64,000 bases of DNA from positions 186,001 to 250,000 of IMG/VR virus record IMGVR_UViG_3300042907_001080; one strand, given 5' to 3'. Shown here in pieces: positions 44,176-54,560 of the stretch. Numbering within the stretch: position 1 is the first letter of the stretch; each line of letters begins with the position of its first letter. Both the position numbers and the translations under genes were made by a program. The notes below the pieces were generated by a model. It was not told the origin of the DNA and made no database searches. It saw nothing but the letters and a program-made list of their open reading frames with translations.

Positions 44176-45156
44176 ATGACACAAGACTTCACAAAGATAC
44201 CATTCCATAACATAACAAGATTTGGTCAACGCACCATGTTGCATCGCCCGTTATTTTCTACCAGTTGGATTTTGGGCCGTTTCTGTAATTATAACTGTTC
44301 TTACTGTTGGCCCTATGCTAGATCGGACAAGGTAGATCACCAGCCTTTAGAAGTATATACTAATACTGTAGATGAAATCAAACGACAGGCTCGACTAAAT
44401 GGCTTCAATGAATTCCATTGGAGTTTCAGTGGCGGTGAACCTACTGCTTACCGACAGCTACATGATTTGATTAAACACCTTGACGAAACAGAAAGCACAT
44501 ACCAAAGTATACACATGACAACCAATTTAAGTCCTGGAAGTAAATGGTGGAATACCTGGTGTGCCAACACAGCATTACTACAACGCAGAAGTATCACAGC
44601 ATCATTTCATGATGAGTTTGCTCGAGAGCAGGAATTCGGTGACAAGTGTCTACAGTTATTGCATGAGCGTGTGCATGTCACAGTCAATCAAGTAATGGTC
44701 CCGGAAAAGTTTTATGAGCTTTATGAACGCATGTCTCGGCTACATGCTCGTGGAATCAATGTTACGCTCAAACCGCAAAGTGATCCTACAGCGAGTCGTG
44801 TAGTCGATGGCTACACAACAGAAATGATTGATCTATTACAGACTGGATTTCCTCAAACATCACAAGGCGAAGACGTTTATCAAATAGCATTGTATGATAC
44901 AGACAACAAAGAATATTTGTTCGATCAAGCAGAAAGATTTAATGCTTTTGGTTTTAACAAATTCCAAGGTTGGAGTTGCAATAGTGGGTATCAAAGTGTT
45001 ATAATAAGAGGTAATGAAGTGAAACGATCATATAGCTGTCACGACCGACTATTAGGAACACTAGAGAGCTTTGAGCTTTTTAAAAAACCAACAGTTTGTA
45101 TAACACCTAGTTGTGTCAGCAGTGCTGATTCAAAGATACCAAAATGTATAAACTAG
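44176..45156 (+). CDS. radical SAM protein with C-terminal Cys-rich (twitch-like) domain
   Basis: CNYNCSYC, SGGEPT, TTN, C..G..SC...C...C. Confidence 0.92.
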   Translation: MTQDFTKIPFHNITRFGQRTMLHRPLFSTSWILGRFCNYNCSYCWPYARSDKVDHQPLEVYTNTVDEIKRQARLNGFNEFHWSFSGGEPTAYRQLHDLIKHLDETESTYQSIHMTTNLSPGSKWWNTWCANTALLQRRSITASFHDEFAREQEFGDKCLQLLHERVHVTVNQVMVPEKFYELYERMSRLHARGINVTLKPQSDPTASRVVDGYTTEMIDLLQTGFPQTSQGEDVYQIALYDTDNKEYLFDQAERFNAFGFNKFQGWSCNSGYQSVIIRGNEVKRSYSCHDRLLGTLESFELFKKPTVCITPSCVSSADSKIPKCIN

Positions 45157-46121
45157 AAAACATAAAAGACATACATCTAGAATTAACAAGTAAGTGTCAA
45201 GCACGATGCCCAATGTGTCCTCGCCGAGTTAACGGAGGGATACTAAATCCTATTATGTCGTTAAATGAGATAACACTAGAACAATTTAAAGAATGGTTCT
45301 CAGATGAATTTATAAATCAACTGGATAGTCTGTTTATGTGCGGCAATTTAGGTGATCCTATTATTGCTGAAGATTGTTTAGAGATATTTCAATACTTAAA
45401 AGAAACTAATCCTAACATACGATTGAGCATGCATACAAATGGTAGTGCTAGAAATATACACTGGTGGAAAAAATTAGCAAAGTATAAAGTTAAAGTTACA
45501 TTTGGAATAGACGGTTTAGAAGATACACACAAGTTATATCGAATAAGCACTAATTGGAACACCATTATAAAAAATGCCGAGTCATTTATAAAAGCTGGCG
45601 GCGAAGCAGAATGGCACATGTTAGTGTTTAAGCATAACGAACATCAAATTGAAGAATGCCGTGCGCTAAGTCACAAACTTGAATTTAAAAAATTCACAAC
45701 CAAGCATACTAGTCGTTTTAAAGATAACAAATTTCATGTATTGGACGAAACCGGCAAGACTGTTAATATTCTTTATCCTACTAAACTTAGCACTTCACAT
45801 ACAGTAAATGTGTTGTCAGTATTACCAGCAGAGATACAATGCAAGGCAAAGAAATATAGTCAACTATACATAAGTGCAGACGGAGGAGTTAGTCCGTGTT
45901 GCTGGTTGGATTTTTCCTGGCAGTTGCCTAACCAGGACAATAGAATAAATTATATGGATAAAATTGGAGTTTATCCTAACCTAAATAAACAGTCGTTAAT
46001 AGATATATTTAATTCTGGTTTCTTTAGTAAGATTGAAAGTACCTGGTCAGCCGTTCCTTTAATGGAATGCGGCAAACAATGTGGACATTTTGATAAGCTA
46101 GGAGAGCAATTTGTTAGTTGA
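45144..46121 (+). CDS. radical SAM/SPASM-twitch protein
   Basis: CQARCPMC, CGNLGDP, HTNG, FGIDG, VSPCC. Confidence 0.92.
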   Translation: MYKLENIKDIHLELTSKCQARCPMCPRRVNGGILNPIMSLNEITLEQFKEWFSDEFINQLDSLFMCGNLGDPIIAEDCLEIFQYLKETNPNIRLSMHTNGSARNIHWWKKLAKYKVKVTFGIDGLEDTHKLYRISTNWNTIIKNAESFIKAGGEAEWHMLVFKHNEHQIEECRALSHKLEFKKFTTKHTSRFKDNKFHVLDETGKTVNILYPTKLSTSHTVNVLSVLPAEIQCKAKKYSQLYISADGGVSPCCWLDFSWQLPNQDNRINYMDKIGVYPNLNKQSLIDIFNSGFFSKIESTWSAVPLMECGKQCGHFDKLGEQFVS

Positions 46122-46704
46122 TACAGAACACTTACATCACTGGATGCAAGCCATAAGACAAAGCCCAGATCCTATGAGGACCATGGATGCATTCTGGTCT
46201 GGACAACTTAAAAGCAAAGAATGGTTGATCTCAAATTTAAGAAAACACATTAATAAATTTGTAGGTATTGATATACATGGTGGCTGGGTTGGTGTACTAG
46301 CCAGTATGTTGTTCCAAAGTGATATCCCTATTATTAATATTCGTAGTGTTGATATTGACCCTACCTGCGAATCTATTGCAGTTAACATGAACAAGATTGA
46401 AGAAATGGTTGGCAAGTTTCGTGCTGTCACAGCAGACATGTGTGCTCTTCGCAGTGATGCAGATGTCATTATCAACACCAGTTGTGAACACATAACACAA
46501 GACCAATATGACATATGGTTAAGCGGAATGCCACATAGCAGCCTACTAGCATTGCAAAGCAATAATTATAATATAGATGAACATGTTAGGATTGCTAACA
46601 GTTTAGAAGAGTTTAAAAAACAATGCCATCTGGACAATATTTTGTATGCCGGGGAACTTGATTTGCCGTTGTACAAACGATTTATGATTATAGGAAAACA
46701 ATGA
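46111..46704 (+). CDS. class I SAM-dependent methyltransferase-like protein
   Basis: IHGGWVGVL, SVDIDP, INTSCEH. Confidence 0.75.
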   Translation: MLVDTEHLHHWMQAIRQSPDPMRTMDAFWSGQLKSKEWLISNLRKHINKFVGIDIHGGWVGVLASMLFQSDIPIINIRSVDIDPTCESIAVNMNKIEEMVGKFRAVTADMCALRSDADVIINTSCEHITQDQYDIWLSGMPHSSLLALQSNNYNIDEHVRIANSLEEFKKQCHLDNILYAGELDLPLYKRFMIIGKQ

Positions 46705-47435
46705 TAGAATTAGGGTTAGTTAAATGGTATAATGACGCAAAGAGATACGGGTTTATTAAAGCAGACTCGGATGGAGAATCTATTTTGGCACAGAGTCATT
46801 CTATTGTGGAAGAACCAAAGACTTTGAGAGAATTTCAACGTGTAACTTTTGAAAGATATGTAACTGATAATGGCCTAGAAGCACGTACTATAAATATCGC
46901 CATGAACCCAGATTTATCGATTTACGAACACGAAGTTATATCATTGAAAAAACAACGACTTCATCTTTCTTCATTTGTAGGACATGTCTTATTAGTGGTT
47001 AATACTGCCAGCCGATGCGGACTTACACCTCAGTACGAAGGATTAGAAAAATTATTTCAAAAATATAAAGATAAAAAATTTACAATCCTGGCATTTCCGA
47101 CAAACAATTTCGCAGGACAGGAGCCTAATACAAATGCCGAAATTTTAGATTTTTGTGAGACAAATTATAATGTAAGTTTTTATGTTATGGAAAAATCAAA
47201 TATTGTAGAACAGGATAGTTCAAGCCCTGCACAATTCGCCGAAACTGCACCTAGAGAAATAAATTCTTTTTATAAAGACCTTGCCACCAGAACAAATGTT
47301 TTACCGCAGTGGAATTTCCACAAGTATCTAATTAATCGTACGGGTTCTATTATTAAAAGTTTTGATCATTTGACTCAACCAGACAATGATGTATTAATTA
47401 ACGCAATCGAAGAATTTTTGGATAGTAACGTATGA
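46701..47435 (+). CDS. cold-shock domain / glutathione peroxidase fusion
   Basis: N-terminal GLVKWYNDAKRYGFI (CSD RNP1); C-terminal VNTASRCGLTPQY, AFPTNNF.GQEP, WNFHKYLI. Confidence 0.85.
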   Translation: MIELGLVKWYNDAKRYGFIKADSDGESILAQSHSIVEEPKTLREFQRVTFERYVTDNGLEARTINIAMNPDLSIYEHEVISLKKQRLHLSSFVGHVLLVVNTASRCGLTPQYEGLEKLFQKYKDKKFTILAFPTNNFAGQEPNTNAEILDFCETNYNVSFYVMEKSNIVEQDSSSPAQFAETAPREINSFYKDLATRTNVLPQWNFHKYLINRTGSIIKSFDHLTQPDNDVLINAIEEFLDSNV

Positions 47436-48358
47436 AAATATTAATGACTGGATCATCGGGATTTATCGGATCTCACTTAGCACCACTTTTAGAAAAAGAC
47501 CACACAGTTCATCATCTCAAAAGCGATCTAACAGATCACAAGAGTGTTCAGCTAGAAGTAGCTTCTGTACAACCAGATATCATTGTGCACCTAGCTGCAC
47601 GTACAGAAGTAGAACAAAGCTTCTATGAACAAATTACCTTTAGTGAAATAAACTATATAGGAACAGTTAATTTAATTGAAGCAGCCGCCTCTGTTAAAAA
47701 TTTAAAGAACTTTGTGTTTGCTAGTACTATGGAAGTTTATGGTTGGCAACCTATTAGTGATACTGTAAAAAATGGCGCCATACCTAAAGTATTTGAAACA
47801 TTTGATGAGAACACTCAGCCTAACCCCAATGCTCCTTATTCTGTAGCCAAATATGGATGTGAGAAATATTTAGAATACGCTTACAGATGTTATGGATTGC
47901 CATTTACTGCTATACGTCAAACAAACAGCTATGGTCGTAAAGATAACAAGTTTTTTGTTACAGAACAAATTATTAGTCAGATGCTAGAAAATTCCAAAGA
48001 AGTAAATCTTGGATATGCTGAACCATATAGAAATTTTATTTTTATTGACGACCTATTAGATGCTTGGATTACAGTTATTACAAATCCTGATAAAGTAAAC
48101 AGTGGACTAATACTTACTATTGGTCCTGATGCTCCTATAAAGATTAGGGATTATGCACAAAAAATTGCCAAAAAATTAAACTGGCAAGGAACGATTAATT
48201 GGGATACTAAATTGTTCAGGCCTGGGGAGATTTACTGGCTTAATAGCAATCACAATCTAATAACTAAATTAACTGGATGGTATCCTAAAGTCAGTTTAGA
48301 CGAGGGGCTAGATCAAACTATTAAAATCTGGAAAGAAAAATATGATAGTAGAACATAA
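47432..48358 (+). CDS. NAD-dependent nucleotide-sugar epimerase/dehydratase
   Basis: TGSSGFIG, HLAA, STMEVYG, YSVAK. Confidence 0.92.
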   Translation: MKILMTGSSGFIGSHLAPLLEKDHTVHHLKSDLTDHKSVQLEVASVQPDIIVHLAARTEVEQSFYEQITFSEINYIGTVNLIEAAASVKNLKNFVFASTMEVYGWQPISDTVKNGAIPKVFETFDENTQPNPNAPYSVAKYGCEKYLEYAYRCYGLPFTAIRQTNSYGRKDNKFFVTEQIISQMLENSKEVNLGYAEPYRNFIFIDDLLDAWITVITNPDKVNSGLILTIGPDAPIKIRDYAQKIAKKLNWQGTINWDTKLFRPGEIYWLNSNHNLITKLTGWYPKVSLDEGLDQTIKIWKEKYDSRT

Positions 48359-48974
48359 GTTAAACGATGTACCGAGAATATCTGTTTTTGATAATGTACT
48401 ATCTGCTGAATTTTGTAGAGGTATGATAGAAAAACATTCCAATGCTGGAATGAATTCTAATTCTGGTTATCAAAGTCGTGTTGAGTCGTATGCCCAAGTT
48501 ACAGAAGAAGTTGAAAATAGAGGAATTAGTCTAGGTGTTGATCCCTATGATTATGATATAATAGCAACAGCTATTGTTAATGTTGCTAAAATTCCATATT
48601 CTCACATAGAGGCTATTGATATTTACAACTATCACGAAGGACAGTATCTAGCTTATCATCACGATTACTGTTATGACCCTAGACAAATCAACTATTATAA
48701 AAACGGTGGCGACAGAGTTGGAACCGGTATTTTTTATTTTAATGATGATTTTGTAGGCGGAGAAACTTATTTTCCTAAATTTGATGTATCTATTACTCCT
48801 AAGACTGGTTCCTTTTTGTATTTTGAACAATGCTATGACGAAGCAACTAATTGGGACACAATACACGAAAGCAAACTAATTACCAAAGGAACTAAGTGGA
48901 TCGCTAGTTGCTTTTTTAGTGATAGGCCTAGAGTAGGATGGTCTAGTAGAGATCATTTGTATGCTAACGGATAA
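48342..48974 (+). CDS. prolyl 4-hydroxylase-like 2OG-Fe(II) oxygenase
   Basis: Y..GQY...HHD, GGDR..T.IFY.ND...GGET.FP, HES..ITKGTKW. Confidence 0.88.
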   Translation: MIVEHKLNDVPRISVFDNVLSAEFCRGMIEKHSNAGMNSNSGYQSRVESYAQVTEEVENRGISLGVDPYDYDIIATAIVNVAKIPYSHIEAIDIYNYHEGQYLAYHHDYCYDPRQINYYKNGGDRVGTGIFYFNDDFVGGETYFPKFDVSITPKTGSFLYFEQCYDEATNWDTIHESKLITKGTKWIASCFFSDRPRVGWSSRDHLYANG

Positions 48975-49665
48975 TTGGATTCCTTTTTACAAATATAATG
49001 ATCAAGGTGTGCCTGGATGCATGTCTCAGCAAACCTATGAACCGTTAATAAATCCGGAAGGAACTGTATACTGTGCCAACTACGATCATAATAATCTGTA
49101 TCAACGTAAATGGCAACCAGACCGTGTGGGTTACACTCAAGACATTGTTGAATATTTTTTTAACAAAGAAGTTGGATATGCACACAAATTTAGCAACAAG
49201 CTATGGGCGCCGGAAATTATAGATATAGATTATGTTAGCAAACGTATTTTTTATAAATGGTATGGGCCCACTTGCAACGAATTAATATATACAGGCAGAA
49301 CTTTACCATCTGATTGGAAATTACAACTTCGAAATATCATGATGGATTGTTATAATGAAGGAGTTTACAAACTTACAATGTATCCACATTGTCATTACTA
49401 TGATAACAGCGGAATTATGCACACGCTAGATATGTATGGGTGCGTTGAAGTAGATGATCCGTTTATTGAAGCAAAGTATATGGATGGGATAATTCACGAA
49501 ACCGCTAAATTTAGACTAGACGAGACCGGACCTAAAAACAATAATAGATATGATTTAGAAAAAATGTTCTTCAATAGTTTATGCACCCACGTAAAATGGG
49601 GAGAATGCGATTTAAATTTTGTCTATCAAAATATAATTGGAGATAGCGATGAAATATATAGGTAA
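48961..49665 (+). CDS. protein-kinase-like fold protein with degenerate catalytic motifs
   Basis: F.KEV..., APEIIDID...KRIF, W..QL..I..D....GVYKLTMYP, TLDMYG; paralog of 60250-60945. Confidence 0.5.
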   Translation: MLTDNWIPFYKYNDQGVPGCMSQQTYEPLINPEGTVYCANYDHNNLYQRKWQPDRVGYTQDIVEYFFNKEVGYAHKFSNKLWAPEIIDIDYVSKRIFYKWYGPTCNELIYTGRTLPSDWKLQLRNIMMDCYNEGVYKLTMYPHCHYYDNSGIMHTLDMYGCVEVDDPFIEAKYMDGIIHETAKFRLDETGPKNNNRYDLEKMFFNSLCTHVKWGECDLNFVYQNIIGDSDEIYR

Positions 49666-50281
49666 CTGCGCAGATAAAATAGATTGGAATGAAGTAATTA
49701 AATTATGCCAAGAGAGCGTAACAGGAGATAGAAACACTGTGGTCTCTGTGGTTGAAAGATCCGAAGTTAATTTACAGAATCGAGAACCTATGCAGGCCAA
49801 GGTTTTATTGTCGGTAGCAGAACAAATAGCCAACGAACAATTGCTTCAAGAGTATAGAAAAGTGATAGGAGATTGGCGTGATGCTGGATGTGACCTGGAT
49901 AAAATTTATTGGTATGATTACTATCCAGGGGATCATTATCCAGAAAGTATATCAGATACATTTGCTGCCATACTAGGAATTCGCCCATTAAGAGTTTTTG
50001 TAAGTGAAGTATATCCGGGTATTACAGTTCCCTATCACTGGGATGTAGAAGATAAGGGACCAGAATGGTTAAAAAAATACGGAATGCTTTATAGATATAC
50101 CTGCTGTATAGATGTGCCGAGGGTCGGAAGTGTATTAATCGTTGACGATCATTGTTTATATGATTTTAAGCAAGGAGACATTTTTGAATGGGATAGTTAT
50201 AGAAACTATCATTCAGCTGCCAACGGCGGCGAACACATACAGTATTATTTTCACATGTTAGGATATAAAATAAAATGTTAG
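49649..50281 (+). CDS. aspartyl/asparaginyl beta-hydroxylase-like 2OG-Fe(II) oxygenase
   Basis: VYPG..VPYHWD, GDIFEW....YHSAANGG; start revised (GGAGA SD). Confidence 0.78.
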   Translation: MKYIGNCADKIDWNEVIKLCQESVTGDRNTVVSVVERSEVNLQNREPMQAKVLLSVAEQIANEQLLQEYRKVIGDWRDAGCDLDKIYWYDYYPGDHYPESISDTFAAILGIRPLRVFVSEVYPGITVPYHWDVEDKGPEWLKKYGMLYRYTCCIDVPRVGSVLIVDDHCLYDFKQGDIFEWDSYRNYHSAANGGEHIQYYFHMLGYKIKC

Positions 50282-50820
50282 AAAGAGTTGGTAACTGTTC
50301 AAAAATTATAGATTGGAACGAAGTTATAAAAGAGATTGCTGAACAACGACCGGCCTATATCGGACCTAGCCACAAGGAAGATGATCCAATTCCGGGCCTT
50401 AAAGAAGTAACAGATTTGTGGAAGCGTTCGGGATTCAAAACTGTTGCTGATGGTGGAACAGTGGAATGGGACATGTTTTTGCCTCATACAAATTTTAATA
50501 TTTCTATCGCTGAAAAATTTTGTGAGTTTGTTGGATTGAAAACGTATACAAGCTGCTGGATTAGTAGAATAAATCCTGCACGTTGCTCACCTTGGCATTG
50601 GGATGTCCATGACGATGAAGTAAATTTATCTCAAAGAACAGACATAGTTCGATATCATTGTCATATAGGACAACCGACACACGGTCATGTTTTAATAGTA
50701 GATAATTTTTGTTTATATAAACAGCCTCAGGGAGAAATATATAAATGGCCATCTAGAACAACTTGGCATTGCGGATTAAACAGTGGGCTAACTCCGAAGT
50801 ATCTTTTTAATATATGGTGA
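50275..50820 (+). CDS. aspartyl/asparaginyl beta-hydroxylase-like 2OG-Fe(II) oxygenase
   Basis: ISRINP...SPWHWD, GEIYKW....WHCGLNSG..PK. Confidence 0.78.
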   Translation: MLERVGNCSKIIDWNEVIKEIAEQRPAYIGPSHKEDDPIPGLKEVTDLWKRSGFKTVADGGTVEWDMFLPHTNFNISIAEKFCEFVGLKTYTSCWISRINPARCSPWHWDVHDDEVNLSQRTDIVRYHCHIGQPTHGHVLIVDNFCLYKQPQGEIYKWPSRTTWHCGLNSGLTPKYLFNIW

Positions 50821-50824
50821 TGAT

Positions 50825-51025
50825 ATGATCAATGAAAAATACAGTAATGAAGATGTTCCTATTCAAGATACATTTTATATGCAAAAGTTTATGGAGATTC
50901 AACGTCAAAATGTTGTATTATCAAATAAACTACGAGACTTATATGAAATTCTTGAGATCCGTGATGTTGTAGAAATGCATTTTGGGGATAAGTTTTTTAA
51001 TATCTTAAATGATACACCTGCATGA
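50825..51025 (+). CDS. hypothetical protein
   Basis: 66-aa ORF ATGA-coupled to a radical SAM gene. Confidence 0.6.
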   Translation: MINEKYSNEDVPIQDTFYMQKFMEIQRQNVVLSNKLRDLYEILEIRDVVEMHFGDKFFNILNDTPA

Positions 51026-52422
51026 ATAAAATTAAACACTGGCAAGAGAAAATTGAATCAGTATCAGGAAGCAAAACTTTTTGCATATTGCCCTGGATAC
51101 ATTTTGCCACACGTCCCAACGGCGACATGCGACTATGTTGTAATGCTAACAGTAGTGGAGCAGGAACGGATCACGAAATTGGTCTAGTAAAAAACGAAAC
51201 AGGTCGTCCTGCTAATTTTGGACGGGAAACTCCTATGAGCGCATGGAACAACAAATACATGCGAGATGTACGTTTAACTATGCTAGAAGGAAAGATTCCT
51301 TCTAGCTGTAGTAAATGTATTGCTGAAGAGTCTAAAGGTGTTGCTAGCAAACGTATTTGGGAAACAGGTACTTGGATAGAAGAAGGTCTTGATGTTGAAG
51401 AGCTTGTTAAACAAACAGAAGAAAATGGAACAATTCCTGAACGTCTTGTTTATCTAGATTTAAGATTAGGACATACTTGTAATCTTAAGTGTGTTATGTG
51501 TAGTCCTCATGATAGTAGCATGTGGGTTTCTGATCATAAAAAGATATATCCTCTATTTCAGACTAAAGAACTTAAAGATCAAATGGCATGGGATCAATCA
51601 GAGTTTAACAATAAATGGCACGAAAATCCAGACTTCTGGAAAGAAATGTATACTCAGATTCCTAATCTAAAACAAGTATACTTTGCAGGCGGCGAACCTT
51701 TGCTTATTAAGGAGCATAAACTGTTCCTTGAAGAAATTGTTAGACAAGGATACGCGGACAAGATCCTTGTACGATACAACACAAATGGATTATTAGTAAA
51801 TGACGAAATTATTGAACTCTGGAAAAAATTCAAAAAAGTTAAAGTAGGGTTTAGCATCGATGCTGTCGGCGACCGTAATTACTATATACGCTATCCTAGT
51901 GATTGGGTTACTATCGAACGTAATCTTCACAAGTTAGATAACACTCCTGGCAACATACAAGTTAGCATTGCCACTGCTATACAAATACTAAACATCAAAC
52001 ACTTGCCTGAACTTGCCAAGTGGAAGATACAACAGAATTTTAAGAAAGTAAACTTTGAAAATATAACTGGTGGAATTGAAGCCGGCGGCGGAATTGTTAA
52101 CATGCACTTGTTGTATATACCCACGTTCTTAAGTATTAGATGTTTGCCTGAATATGATAAAGAACAAGTGCGTAAGAGCTTTGCTGATCTTGCTACATGG
52201 TTGTATACTAACTACAGACAAGATGAAGACTTTTGGAAAAACAATCCTTACGGATGGAAACGCTGGCAGGCAGTATTAGACTTTATGGATGCCGAAGATC
52301 ACACTGCTCAGTTACCTGCATTTGTTGAATATATTGAAAAGATAGAAGCTATACGTGATACAGATTTTGTTAAGACTTTTCCTGAGCTAGCACATTTGCT
52401 ACAGTCCCCAATCTTATCTTAG
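51022..52422 (+). CDS. radical SAM protein with N-terminal twitch domain
   Basis: FCILPW..RLCC..CSKC; CNLKCVMC; FAGGEP; YNTNG; FSID. Confidence 0.93.
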   Translation: MNKIKHWQEKIESVSGSKTFCILPWIHFATRPNGDMRLCCNANSSGAGTDHEIGLVKNETGRPANFGRETPMSAWNNKYMRDVRLTMLEGKIPSSCSKCIAEESKGVASKRIWETGTWIEEGLDVEELVKQTEENGTIPERLVYLDLRLGHTCNLKCVMCSPHDSSMWVSDHKKIYPLFQTKELKDQMAWDQSEFNNKWHENPDFWKEMYTQIPNLKQVYFAGGEPLLIKEHKLFLEEIVRQGYADKILVRYNTNGLLVNDEIIELWKKFKKVKVGFSIDAVGDRNYYIRYPSDWVTIERNLHKLDNTPGNIQVSIATAIQILNIKHLPELAKWKIQQNFKKVNFENITGGIEAGGGIVNMHLLYIPTFLSIRCLPEYDKEQVRKSFADLATWLYTNYRQDEDFWKNNPYGWKRWQAVLDFMDAEDHTAQLPAFVEYIEKIEAIRDTDFVKTFPELAHLLQSPILS

Positions 52423-53464
52423 GATTTTTAAAAATAGGATCAGCAAGCATTTTCTGAAACTCTGCGTATTCAGGATGAGTTGTCTTCCAAATGGTGCGCT
52501 GTTCATACGTGGTCTTATCCCAAGTATTCCAATCAATAACCAATTGAAAATCTACACTATAGAAATTTGGAAATCTGTCCAGGACTAATTGTGCGTAATC
52601 TTTCATTTCTTTGTAGTTTAGATCTTGAACCACATATTGTGTTAGGACATAGATATTAGGATTATTAGATATCTCATTGTTTATATAATCACAATTGTCT
52701 AACAATGTTGGCCAGTGTCCTCCACGGCGAACAACATCATATGTTTCTTCACGAGCTGCATCAAAGCTGATGCGTATAGCTCTAATTTTACTGTGCCATT
52801 TAGATATTCTGCGCCAATACGCAGGTGTAAGCATTACGCCGTTTGTCTGTAAGTCTAATATTAAATTGGGCCAAGGTGTTGGATCAAAGTTAACTAAAAA
52901 GTCTCGGAATATCTTAGAACCAAACGGATCACCACTGCCAGTGATATCTAGTGTAATATGTTTGTCATGCGGTTTGTCAAATACAGCATTAATAATTTTG
53001 TAGTGTAATTCTAGTTTACGTTCGTAATCAACACCTTCGTAATCGTATATCTTTTCAGTGCGACAACTAGGACAAGTTAAATTACAACTAGCATCGTTCT
53101 CAAACATAATATGTGTTGGAAATTCTGCTGGCTTAGGTGTATCTTCTATGTTGGGTAATCGATTGTCAGATATGTCGCCGCACACTGTATGATTACAATA
53201 CCTAAAACTTCCATCTAGTATAGACTCACGAATTATAGTTGCTACTTCCCCGTGCCATATTTCTTCAAACGATTGTTCATTTAAATTACCAATACTATAA
53301 GGCAACCAGCTTGTGCAGCACATCCAACAACTACCATCGTCCCTAATAGACAACGTTTCAAAAGGTTTATTACAAAATTTGCCTTGTAAATTTTTTTGTT
53401 TAACTTTAAGATTAGCTAAATCATGCCCGCTATCTATTTTAAGCATTATAGTTTTATTTTTCAT
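52370..53464 (-). CDS. radical SAM protein with N-terminal SPASM/twitch domain
   Basis: FCNKPF..WMCC..IGNL..EEIW; CNLTCPSC; GSGDPF; QTNG. Confidence 0.92.
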   Translation of the reverse strand: MKNKTIMLKIDSGHDLANLKVKQKNLQGKFCNKPFETLSIRDDGSCWMCCTSWLPYSIGNLNEQSFEEIWHGEVATIIRESILDGSFRYCNHTVCGDISDNRLPNIEDTPKPAEFPTHIMFENDASCNLTCPSCRTEKIYDYEGVDYERKLELHYKIINAVFDKPHDKHITLDITGSGDPFGSKIFRDFLVNFDPTPWPNLILDLQTNGVMLTPAYWRRISKWHSKIRAIRISFDAAREETYDVVRRGGHWPTLLDNCDYINNEISNNPNIYVLTQYVVQDLNYKEMKDYAQLVLDRFPNFYSVDFQLVIDWNTWDKTTYEQRTIWKTTHPEYAEFQKMLADPIFKNPKIRLGTVANVLAQEKS

Positions 53465-54560
53465 ATATAGGAATTATAGTTGTTGCTTTCCACAGGTCTT
53501 CAAAGTCTGTGAACTCTTTGGCTTTAGGCACACACATACCACATCCGCATCTTTGGTTAGGGCAAATAATTGGCGTTACCGGTTTAGATAACATATCTTT
53601 AACTTGCGAGATAATAGTTTCAGTATCTCGCAAATTTCCAATAGGACCCCGGCCTGTGTGTGTTGCCTGACATGTTTGATGATGGAACACATTGCCTGTA
53701 TGCTGCTCAACATGCATAAAAAACCAGTTAACTGTGCAATACCAGTCTTTAAACCAGTTGTTCACTAATTTGATATCTTGCCATTCATCTTCAACTTTAC
53801 CCTGTGTGCATCTGCTACCACAACATGCACGACCTACGTTTGTACCCTCGGCAGATGTAGATGCACTACGAGGTTGCCCCATCCATTCAAAGAACCAGTT
53901 CTGTTGTTCTTCTGTGTATTCGTGGCTTGTTCTACGTTGATTGCCGTCGGCATCTTGAAACCATCCCTTTCGAACAATATTTCCATCTCCGATTGGCACA
54001 GGATTCAGTCGTGAAATTCCTTTAGATTTGAGTAGATTACATACTTCAACCGCCTCGTCAAAATAGTCGCAATGTAGCATTACATTTGCCTGAACACTCA
54101 TCCCGGCATCATGCAGGCCTATAATATTTTTAATGCTTCTATCTTTTAATTTCTGATCAGCTTCACTATGCCAACTAACAGTAACGTGAACAAAATTATC
54201 TAAAATTCTTTTAGTAAATTGAGGCCCCCAAGAGCCGTTAGTAGTCAACCCTAACGCAAAATTTCCTTGTGTTTTTATATATTCTATCAATGGCCAAAAA
54301 TTAGGATTGGCGGTAGGTTCGCCACCGGTAAAATCTATGCTGGTTATATCACCATATAGTCTTTTTGAATTGTACAGATCTGCATAGCTCTTGATAAAAT
54401 CAAAAGTAGTTTTTAATTCTTCAAAGCTAGGATACGGACTATAGTTGTTATGACGTGTACTTTCACAGTAAGAACAGTCGTAATTACATCTGCGTAACAT
54501 TTCCCAGGTTACAATAAATGGTGTGGGATTTTTTAATTTAATTGCTGTTGTTTTTATCAT
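53454..54560 (-). CDS. radical SAM protein with Cys-rich C-terminus
   Basis: CNYDCSYC, TGGEPT, TTNG, CC..RC, C...RCGCGMC. Confidence 0.92.
   Translation of the reverse strand: MIKTTAIKLKNPTPFIVTWEMLRRCNYDCSYCESTRHNNYSPYPSFEELKTTFDFIKSYADLYNSKRLYGDITSIDFTGGEPTANPNFWPLIEYIKTQGNFALGLTTNGSWGPQFTKRILDNFVHVTVSWHSEADQKLKDRSIKNIIGLHDAGMSVQANVMLHCDYFDEAVEVCNLLKSKGISRLNPVPIGDGNIVRKGWFQDADGNQRRTSHEYTEEQQNWFFEWMGQPRSASTSAEGTNVGRACCGSRCTQGKVEDEWQDIKLVNNWFKDWYCTVNWFFMHVEQHTGNVFHHQTCQATHTGRGPIGNLRDTETIISQVKDMLSKPVTPIICPNQRCGCGMCVPKAKEFTDFEDLWKATTIIPIYEK

Noticed and set aside
46701-47435. Selenocysteine in the glutathione peroxidase
   Set aside because: The active-site codon is TGC (Cys), not TGA.
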